64,000 bases of DNA. Source: a virus. A program made the translations under genes and the position numbers. Location of the stretch: positions 1 through 64,000 of IMG/VR virus record IMGVR_UViG_3300017917_001839; one strand, written 5' to 3'. This document shows positions 56,788 to 64,000 of the stretch, piece by piece (position 1 is the stretch's first letter; each line of letters starts with the position of its first letter). The notes under the pieces were generated by a model. That model worked only from the letters and a program-made list of their open reading frames with translations, did not search any database and was not told the origin of the DNA.

Positions 56788-57517
56788 TTGCTACCTCTAA
56801 TATTTCTAAATTTTTAAAGTAATCGTAGAACTGCTCAGGTGTTAGTATTGCAGGATTATCGCTGTCCTCATCGCCTAAGTATTTTTCAATAAAGTCAACA
56901 CCTTTATATGCTACTGCTACACTAGGAAATACTCCAGCATCTCTGCTTTCGTATCCAACTGTATATTTTTGTTTTTGTAAATTATCAATAGTAGATAGTG
57001 CCAGATCTTCTGTGCTGGGAGGAAATGCATCTGTGGTATAGTATACAGTTACTTTAGCTTTGTTTGCGTATAGCACATCTACTTCTTCTAAATGACGATG
57101 ACTATAAATTACTTCTGGGAAGTTGTCTTTACAGTAACGTGTAAGTTCGTAGATATTAAATGCACCATAATGCAGTTTTACTGTTTTAGCATCACAGTGT
57201 TCTTTAACAAACTCTGCGGATTGGCTGTCGGTGATGCTCCAAATAATAGGAATACCTATACGTTTTGCAAGCGATGTAATATGTTCAGCTGATTCAGCAT
57301 CTAGCTCACTGCGCTTGGCAACTTCTAGATAAGGTAAATGTCCCCAACGGCTAGGAATAGATACGTACTTCTTTTCGTGGGGTATAAGCAAACTAGGCGT
57401 GCTTTTAGTAATTACAACCGCGTCAGCATTACACTGCGCGGCTGCAATCAATCGTGCTTCTAGAACACTAACTTTATTTTCGTGTCCTATGCCTATGTTA
57501 GCATATAATTTAGCCAT
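56780..57517 (-). CDS. NeuB (nonulosonate synthase)-like protein, degenerate
   Basis: ANIGIGH..ADAV, ..G.DFIEK layout of NeuB barrel; catalytic residues altered. Confidence 0.6.
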   Translation of the reverse strand: MAKLYANIGIGHENKVSVLEARLIAAAQCNADAVVITKSTPSLLIPHEKKYVSIPSRWGHLPYLEVAKRSELDAESAEHITSLAKRIGIPIIWSITDSQSAEFVKEHCDAKTVKLHYGAFNIYELTRYCKDNFPEVIYSHRHLEEVDVLYANKAKVTVYYTTDAFPPSTEDLALSTIDNLQKQKYTVGYESRDAGVFPSVAVAYKGVDFIEKYLGDEDSDNPAILTPEQFYDYFKNLEILEVANG

Positions 57518-59186
57518 TGCCCTCTACGCCGCCAAGACCATCCGTCTCAGTATCCCAACCAATGCTGCTACCGCCAATCTTCTTTAGCAGTTCAGCACGA
57601 GCTTCTGGGTCTAGCGGATTATCATACCAATCGGCGCTTTCTCCTGTCTTGCGTTCACGTAAACGTACTTCTTCTACAATCACTTCGCCATCTTCACTAA
57701 CTGTGCGATGTGCATATACACCACCATTCTTAGCAATAGTCTTAGGCTGTTGAATATCCTGTTCTTTCTTTTCCAGCGGGAATACTTTGATGCTGTCGTA
57801 AAACTCTACAAAGTTAGGGAAAGTCTTACGGAAGTCTTTGCCGCGACGTGCGTCATACTGCTCGTAGAATACCTTAAAGTCATGCTCTAGTAGCTCACGG
57901 TCCGCAGTATTACGGTGTGGAGTCTTAACAACGTCTAGGTATTCAATTAGACGACTTACCTGATCCTGTTCCCATGGCTGTACAAGCTGTAGTCCATTTG
58001 CGTCGCGCTCGTCGCGCTCACGTACTTCCTTGAGCCAGTTATAGATCTGGTCGTGATACTTTTTACGTAGCTCGTCGGGTAGTGTTAGTGGACTTTGGAA
58101 GCTAGGGAAGCGTAGAATGTTGCAGGTAAAGCCTGGACGATTGTGTCCATACTTGCGCTTCATTTCCAACATCCAATTAAAGAAGTCTACAATAGTATCC
58201 AAGCATAGCGCATTAATAGTCATCATCATGTGCAAGCCTTCAATACGTGCTTCGCTACAAATACGCTCAAAGTTATGTGTCCACTCATCCCACTTTAGTC
58301 CGTCGCGAATATATTCTGCTTGTGGGCCATATGCTTCGCAACTGGTGTACAAGTGGAAACGTGGAATGTGCTGTGTACCATTAATTAGTTTGTCAATAAG
58401 TTCTTTCTTAGAACCTAAGTTACTGTTAATAGCAAGACGCATCTTCTCTGCTTGTGGTGTACCGGCATTTTCCTTGAACCAATCAAACAACTTGTAGATG
58501 TCTGGAGTCATTGTGGGCTCACCACCAGTGACACGAATCTCTTCTAGCTCTTGGCTAAGTGTAGGCCACCAACGCCAAAACGCATCTACATATGGATTGA
58601 ACTCATCGCGATCAAATGGCTCAGCATAAGGAGCATCATCAATAAAGTGTCCACGTGCGTCACTGCGGATATTATGATAGCCGCCGTTGTTGCGGATATC
58701 CTTTACCCATGTAGTACTGAATGCAGGGTTACAGTAGCTACATGCAAACTGACAGGTACGGTTGAACGAAATTTCTAGAGTCTTAAGATTAACATCTGCG
58801 TCTGGATTTAGTTTAGCAATCTTCATCAAGTCCTCATCTTCATAGATAACAGTCTTGTATGTACGATCACTTACAGGCTCGTTGCCGTCAGCATCTTTGC
58901 CCATGTCCTCAATCTTCCAGCAGTATTCACATTCTTTAGGACGCTTGCCTTCCTGCATCATCTGACGCATTTTCTTTTTGTGCTTGGTGTTGTGAATAGC
59001 ACTGGGATTTTCTTTGATTTCTTCTAAATCAATTTGGTGTGCGGGAGGGTGATGGCAACTAGTAGTACCGCCATGCCCTAGCCAAATAGTAGCATTAAGC
59101 CACTTAGCCGCACAGAATGATTCGCTGACGCTGTCAATCATTCTCTTCTTAAACTCTCTGTGGCTTTCGCCCTGCTTACGTCCCAT
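57510..59186 (-). CDS. N-terminal twitch/SPASM radical SAM protein (8 of 9)
   Basis: CAAKW..SCHHP..CEYC; CQFACSYC; TGGEP. Confidence 0.9.
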   Translation of the reverse strand: MGRKQGESHREFKKRMIDSVSESFCAAKWLNATIWLGHGGTTSCHHPPAHQIDLEEIKENPSAIHNTKHKKKMRQMMQEGKRPKECEYCWKIEDMGKDADGNEPVSDRTYKTVIYEDEDLMKIAKLNPDADVNLKTLEISFNRTCQFACSYCNPAFSTTWVKDIRNNGGYHNIRSDARGHFIDDAPYAEPFDRDEFNPYVDAFWRWWPTLSQELEEIRVTGGEPTMTPDIYKLFDWFKENAGTPQAEKMRLAINSNLGSKKELIDKLINGTQHIPRFHLYTSCEAYGPQAEYIRDGLKWDEWTHNFERICSEARIEGLHMMMTINALCLDTIVDFFNWMLEMKRKYGHNRPGFTCNILRFPSFQSPLTLPDELRKKYHDQIYNWLKEVRERDERDANGLQLVQPWEQDQVSRLIEYLDVVKTPHRNTADRELLEHDFKVFYEQYDARRGKDFRKTFPNFVEFYDSIKVFPLEKKEQDIQQPKTIAKNGGVYAHRTVSEDGEVIVEEVRLRERKTGESADWYDNPLDPEARAELLKKIGGSSIGWDTETDGLGGVEGNG

Positions 59187-59196
59187 TGTGTGTCCT

Positions 59197-60732
59197 CTAG
59201 ATCATTGCATGTGCTTCTTGGCAAATCTGCCACCAGTCATCCATTTCTGGAAACACTGATAAAAAGTCTGTGCCTCTACGCTCATCGTGTTGCGTAAAGA
59301 ACTTGTAAAAATTTGCTCGCGCTTTTAATACTTCTTCTTCACTTAACTTACTGCCCGCTTTCATCCATTCTAGATTACGACGAGCTTTATCAATTTCAAA
59401 ATCCTTAAAGCCTCTATAGTCGATGTACTGCTCGTTGGCAGCATTAAGTTCCATAAAAGCAATTGCTTCTTCTAAATAGTCCTGGTACCATTCTGGCATT
59501 ACTTGTATGCACTGCCAGTGTGGCGCTCGCAATAACGGAATGTCAAACCAAATACGTTGCTTAGGACGTATTTCATAGTCTGGGTGTTTGTGTCCACCAT
59601 TATCCGGTACTGGTATATATTTAATGCCTTGGCGATCTTTAGCAAACTCTTCGCGGAGCTCTAAAATAAACTGTAACCATTCACGGAAGCTGGTTAAGCT
59701 AAGTGCATTAAATGTATTAATAAATGTTATAGTAGTGTTGTCTGTTTCACGTAGAATACGTAACACATTCTTCTTTAGTACTTCAAAGTCCATGCCATTG
59801 CGCATATACTCTGCTTGCTTACCATAACCATCACAGCTAACGAACACAGCAAAGTTCTTACAAGCTGGTGCTACATACCAGTTGTTCCCACTGTTTGGAT
59901 TAAACTTTTGTGGGTCCTCCCAAATTTGAATCTGTTCTAGTCTCTGTAGCGATTCAATAAACCGGTCCATTAGCTGTGGCTTCGGTGGACACATATTTGA
60001 TGTAACACTCATTTCTAGCCATGCGTTAGGATTTGCATAAACATAGTCTAGTACTTTAAAAGTGTTAATGTCCATAAGTGGCTCGCCGCCAGTCATACGG
60101 AACACTTCTAGGTTCTTGTACAGCTCGGGCCACCACTTCCAAAATGCTTCTACATAAGGATTTTCATCCTGTGCCACACGCAAAGGCATTAGGCCTGCGC
60201 GAGCCAAACTTTCTGTGTTGTTGTGTTCCCCACCTACAATCTGGTAAGGACCAAAATCTTTTACTTCTTGGTGCCAGCTTGTGCTTAGGTGAGGACTGCA
60301 ATAACTGCATTTAAAGTTACAGGCTTGATTGAAGTTAACTTCTACATAACGAGGGTTAATGTTACCCTGCCATCCGGCTGCTTTAATATCTTCCTTAGCG
60401 TTTTGTGCCCAGTATTCACCACTGCGGTAAACACGGTCGCTGCGACCGCCTACATCCTCGATGCGCCAGCAATAGCTACAACCAGCTGGGCGTTTACCTT
60501 CCAACATCTCTCTGCGCTGTTCTTTTTTCTCAGACGTATTGTGTAGTGCGCTAGGATTGGCTTTTAGTTCTTCTAGGTCAATTTTATGTGTTGGTGGATG
60601 ATAGCAACTGTGCGTCATACCGTTAGTAAGATGCATAGATACCTGCGCCCACTTTGCATAACACATAGTTGGGCTAATAACATCTAGCTCTTGCTGTGCC
60701 GCATCTGCGGCTTGTTCGTATATGCTAGTCAT
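59197..60732 (-). CDS. N-terminal twitch/SPASM radical SAM protein (9 of 9)
   Basis: CYAKW..SCYHP..CSYC; CNFKCSYC; TGGEP. Confidence 0.9.
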   Translation of the reverse strand: MTSIYEQAADAAQQELDVISPTMCYAKWAQVSMHLTNGMTHSCYHPPTHKIDLEELKANPSALHNTSEKKEQRREMLEGKRPAGCSYCWRIEDVGGRSDRVYRSGEYWAQNAKEDIKAAGWQGNINPRYVEVNFNQACNFKCSYCSPHLSTSWHQEVKDFGPYQIVGGEHNNTESLARAGLMPLRVAQDENPYVEAFWKWWPELYKNLEVFRMTGGEPLMDINTFKVLDYVYANPNAWLEMSVTSNMCPPKPQLMDRFIESLQRLEQIQIWEDPQKFNPNSGNNWYVAPACKNFAVFVSCDGYGKQAEYMRNGMDFEVLKKNVLRILRETDNTTITFINTFNALSLTSFREWLQFILELREEFAKDRQGIKYIPVPDNGGHKHPDYEIRPKQRIWFDIPLLRAPHWQCIQVMPEWYQDYLEEAIAFMELNAANEQYIDYRGFKDFEIDKARRNLEWMKAGSKLSEEEVLKARANFYKFFTQHDERRGTDFLSVFPEMDDWWQICQEAHAMI

Positions 60733-61304
60733 GCTGGTACCTCATCACCGGTATTAGCAAAATACACTTTACCAGGCTTTGCGTTACTTAAGGCTAAGTC
60801 AACAGTTCTATTAGCATATTCAACTGTATTATCGCTGTTTAGGCCGCCCGGGCAAATACCTAGCGCATTGATACCATCTGCTGCGGCAGCATATATAAGC
60901 TGATGCTCAAGTGCCCGCAACATTCTGTATGCTAGCAGTTCCATGCCATGTTCTTTTAATACTGCAATACTGCTGGTAATAAAGATAAACTTTGTTTGTT
61001 TAAAGTATTCAACTAGATAAGTTTTAAACAACAAAACCGAATCCATATGTTCATACATGGGCTTTAGTGTATAGTCTCTGTGAAACTCGGGATGATAGTC
61101 TAGGAATGGCTGTTGGAAACCACCACTTACATGTTGATTAAAAATAATCATGTCGGGTGCGTCGAGACCTTCTACAAAATCTTTTGGTTCTGTATAGTCA
61201 ACTGTGCCGCGACCAAACGCAAAAACATGATGGCCAGCAGACTCTAGTGCTGCCTTAACTGCAACAGCAAAAGGAGAAGTTGAACCAAACAGCCATACTA
61301 TCAC
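60729..61304 (-). CDS. atypical short-chain dehydrogenase/reductase-like protein
   Basis: FGSTSPFA Rossmann-like start, FITSS, YRMLR, ICPG. Confidence 0.5.
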   Translation of the reverse strand: MIVWLFGSTSPFAVAVKAALESAGHHVFAFGRGTVDYTEPKDFVEGLDAPDMIIFNQHVSGGFQQPFLDYHPEFHRDYTLKPMYEHMDSVLLFKTYLVEYFKQTKFIFITSSIAVLKEHGMELLAYRMLRALEHQLIYAAAADGINALGICPGGLNSDNTVEYANRTVDLALSNAKPGKVYFANTGDEVPA

Positions 61305-62299
61305 TGTAACAAGCCTTTTTCTAACAGCTCTTGAATCTGCTTTTCACGAATCATTACACCCCAACGGCGTGGGTTTACATAAGTCTTTTTAAAGAACTTA
61401 CACATCTGCGGATTAGGATCAAACAGCATCATTTCATTGATGCCTTCGTTGAGTTCTTTACCTAGATCGCATACTGCATTATACAACATTTCTTTGCTCC
61501 ATGCAACCTTTGTATAGCGACAAACAGTATCGCCTGCAAACTGCGGAGCAATTTCTTTATTGAAATAATCCTTAAACCATTCATAATCAGCAATTTGGTT
61601 TGTGTCCCAATCTGTAAGTACGGTTAACTTACAACCTAAACGTGCGCCGTAAATTGCCCATAGACCATTTTCAACATCGGTGCCAATATTGCACCATGTC
61701 TGTAGTCTGTTATAGTTGCCCCACCAAATTTTGTCCTTGAACTCATCAGCGCGAACACGCTTGCCCTGATCCAGACTCATCTTCACGCCTTCACGGAAGC
61801 CTGCACGAAAAGCCTGGAACGGGCTGGCTGTTTGATGTACTTCACTGAATGTGTCGTTTAACTGAATATAGTTTAGCTTCCAGCAGAACTCCATACCTTC
61901 GCCATCGGCCGCTGCTTCATGGGTCTGCATTTGTAACGCATATTCTTTTGGCCAGCACTTTAGGCCGCCATTGCCGTACACTAGTCCGTTCAACAAATTC
62001 TTAGCATTCCAACTAAAGATGCTTTGGCTGATATTGTTGCCGTCGTGGTCGGTGTCAGGTACATCTAGCACCTGCTCAAAGAAGTCGTCCATTACGATGT
62101 TGTCGCCGTCTACCGTAATAAAGCGATCAGTTTCGCTTTGTGCAGCCGCGGCTTTATGAGCCGCATCAAACCCCTTAACACCGTGAATTCTTTTGGCCCA
62201 AGGAACCTTATTAAGGAGGTCAGCCCAATTTTCTTCGGCGTTGGGCTCATCGTAACTAATATAGAAGATGTCTAGTTCAGTAACATCAATTTTGGCCAT
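61301..62299 (-). CDS. GT-A-like glycosyltransferase candidate
   Basis: FYISYDEPNA, GVKGFDAAH, DxD (VDGD), YGNGGLKCW, FREGVKM. Confidence 0.6.
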   Translation of the reverse strand: MAKIDVTELDIFYISYDEPNAEENWADLLNKVPWAKRIHGVKGFDAAHKAAAAQSETDRFITVDGDNIVMDDFFEQVLDVPDTDHDGNNISQSIFSWNAKNLLNGLVYGNGGLKCWPKEYALQMQTHEAAADGEGMEFCWKLNYIQLNDTFSEVHQTASPFQAFRAGFREGVKMSLDQGKRVRADEFKDKIWWGNYNRLQTWCNIGTDVENGLWAIYGARLGCKLTVLTDWDTNQIADYEWFKDYFNKEIAPQFAGDTVCRYTKVAWSKEMLYNAVCDLGKELNEGINEMMLFDPNPQMCKFFKKTYVNPRRWGVMIREKQIQELLEKGLLQ

Positions 62300-62314
62300 A
62301 TGTGTGTCCTGTAA

Positions 62315-62971
62315 TTAAGTACGCACATATTTATCAAACGCTTTTGTGGTGTAGATGCTACATTGGCTGTAGTCTGTGTCAGTTTTAATTTCAATTTCTT
62401 CAGACGTAATCAAGTTTGCTAAACTAACATTAACGGTCTTTAGCATAAAATGCGGATCGTTCTTAGCAGTAATATAAAACTTTAAGATCTTCTTTCCCTT
62501 AGCAACCATGTTACTGGGTTCAACGTCCGAATACTTCTTTATCAAATTTTTATGGGCTGTTACCGTAAACTCTGTTGCCGTTAATTTACATTTGATATCA
62601 TAGCTGCTTGTTTTTGCAGGTTCTACCAAAGAAAGGAATTCCTCTTCAGCAGCAACATATTGGCTTTCAACAGATCTACTTTCAATGCTGAACAAATTAT
62701 CTACTAGCGGATCTTGCTTAACATAGAATAAGTTATGATTCTTACCTTTGAGTATCTCTACTTGATCCTGTGTAAACTCATGCTTGTTAGTCCAGTGTGA
62801 TAATACTTCTACATCTTCATCTGTGGTAACGCATAGAATAGTACCTGTTTCATCAAAGTAAACAGTTGCAGGTTTATTTGAGTTAGCTTTAATCAATGCA
62901 CCGGCTGTGCCGCCTGCTGCTTCTTTAGCTGCAATAAATCGCAGACGTCTTAGCTCTGCTTCAGATTCCAT
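62315..62971 (-). CDS. hypothetical protein
   Basis: In-operon ORF. Confidence 0.6.
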   Translation of the reverse strand: MESEAELRRLRFIAAKEAAGGTAGALIKANSNKPATVYFDETGTILCVTTDEDVEVLSHWTNKHEFTQDQVEILKGKNHNLFYVKQDPLVDNLFSIESRSVESQYVAAEEEFLSLVEPAKTSSYDIKCKLTATEFTVTAHKNLIKKYSDVEPSNMVAKGKKILKFYITAKNDPHFMLKTVNVSLANLITSEEIEIKTDTDYSQCSIYTTKAFDKYVRT

Positions 62972-63824
62972 AATCCTGCTCCATTTGTTTTATCATATCA
63001 GCAGTTATCCAATCTTTTTCTACGTAATGAAATGGCAGTGTTTGCTGAAAGTTACCAATTTTAAAATCTGTATAACTGTTATAGTATGTAGGTAGAGTGT
63101 CTGTCCAACACTCACTAATTTTGCTACTAGGCACATTCTGTACATGGCTCTTCATGTGTACAAACGTTGGTACTGCATCAATGTTTTCTCGGGTACATTC
63201 ATGTTCAATACCCAGTAGCTGCATAGCTAGTGCAAATGCAACGTCACCGCTGAGCCAATCAGGTTTGCCTTCAGGCATATACTTGTAGAAGAAACGCTGC
63301 CAGTGCTGGAATACAATTTCAGTCATAGCAAACAATTCACTTGCTAGTTCACTTTTCTTAAAATAAAAGAAAGCGGTGTACACATTGGGTAGATTGTTTT
63401 TTACAAAGTATTCACGATAGTAGTTACTGCTAACAGTTTCTCCGCGGAAGGTACGCACCTTAGTAGTAGCCCATACATCACGCTGTGCTAGTATATCCCA
63501 CCAGTGACTTACATCTGTGGGGAAGATCATATCTGTGTCTAATATAACTGTTTCGTCATACGGAGTCATATACAAGTATTTCCACTTGTTGTTGATCTTC
63601 CACTCTGCATCTGCTGCATCATCCTGCCAAGGAATGTCAACTATGTAATCAAACACTTGCTTGTGCTTACTAGTAATTAGCTTTTTAGTTTCAGCGTCAA
63701 CACAGACTGTTAGATTGTTAACAGTGCTTTGAGTAAGTTTTAAGTTGAGCGCAAGGGCATAAGCCTGCTGGAGGTAATCCACAGACTTTGTGTTTTGTGC
63801 TATAACTATATAACCTCTACTCAT
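62961..63824 (-). CDS. GT8-like glycosyltransferase
   Basis: YLQQAYALA, TPYDETVILDTDM (DxD), FVHMK, FHYV. Confidence 0.7.
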   Translation of the reverse strand: MSRGYIVIAQNTKSVDYLQQAYALALNLKLTQSTVNNLTVCVDAETKKLITSKHKQVFDYIVDIPWQDDAADAEWKINNKWKYLYMTPYDETVILDTDMIFPTDVSHWWDILAQRDVWATTKVRTFRGETVSSNYYREYFVKNNLPNVYTAFFYFKKSELASELFAMTEIVFQHWQRFFYKYMPEGKPDWLSGDVAFALAMQLLGIEHECTRENIDAVPTFVHMKSHVQNVPSSKISECWTDTLPTYYNSYTDFKIGNFQQTLPFHYVEKDWITADMIKQMEQDYGI

Positions 63825-64000
63825 CTAACCCCGCTAGCTAATACAATCTTACAAATGTGTTCTAGTCGTTCGATGTGTTCCATAGCACGCCACGGACTAG
63901 TATCAATGCTAACAACACCGTGACCTTTAATGCCAACAATATCATAAGCAACATTACCATGGTCATCTAGTTGTAGGTTCTCATGACACTTGGTTGCTAG
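63821..64000 (-). CDS. class II aldolase/adducin-family protein (partial, C-terminus)
   Basis: Hand translation ...IVGIKGHGVVSIDTSPWRAMEHIERLEHICKIVLASGVR*. Confidence 0.6.
   Translation of the reverse strand, partial: LATKCHENLQLDDHGNVAYDIVGIKGHGVVSIDTSPWRAMEHIERLEHICKIVLASGVR

Noticed and set aside
521-63288. Many short ORF-track entries antisense or out of frame to long genes (e.g. 3363..3758, 16074..16487, 30409..30846, 58117..58497)
   Set aside because: Shadow ORFs inside well-supported genes, with no RBS or recognisable motifs
1-64000. Stop-codon recoding as in some jumbo phages
   Set aside because: Known enzymes are full length under the standard code and coding density is high
1-64000. 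tRNA or rRNA genes
   Set aside because: Intergenic gaps are short and no cloverleaf with a T-loop motif was seen by eye; tRNAscan-SE would confirm

Overview
Gene-dense segment of a large lytic tailed dsDNA phage with T4-like replication genes (family-B DNA polymerase, sliding-clamp-like protein, RNase H/5'-3' exonuclease, DsbA-like protein). The host is probably a Gram-negative proteobacterium, inferred from IHF-consensus sites, sigma70 promoters and phage-encoded outer-membrane barrels. Bases ~1.0-36.1 kb are mostly + strand: small early genes with shared promoter/leader cassettes, the replication module, a 7-deazaguanine DNA-modification set (DpdA-type transglycosylase, FolE, QueE, a DpdL-like QueD paralog) interleaved with a glycosyltransferase, GalE, a PRTase and a radical SAM enzyme, then a MoxR-like AAA/vWA pair and a lipoprotein FG-GAP autotransporter-like gene. 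Bases 36.1-64 kb are one - strand tailoring cluster with nine N-terminal twitch/SPASM radical SAM paralogs, a carbamoyltransferase, a nucleotide-sugar dehydrogenase, SGNH, sulfotransferase-like and glycosyltransferase-like genes, and a 1358-aa protein of 13 GT-like modules. The most novel-looking non-coding signal is a 3'-UTR hairpin (29998-30037). Its loop is exactly complementary to the RBS of its own gene and to the conserved leaders of several early transcripts, so it is a candidate phage anti-RBS small RNA. All calls come from reading motifs by eye; no database searches were run.
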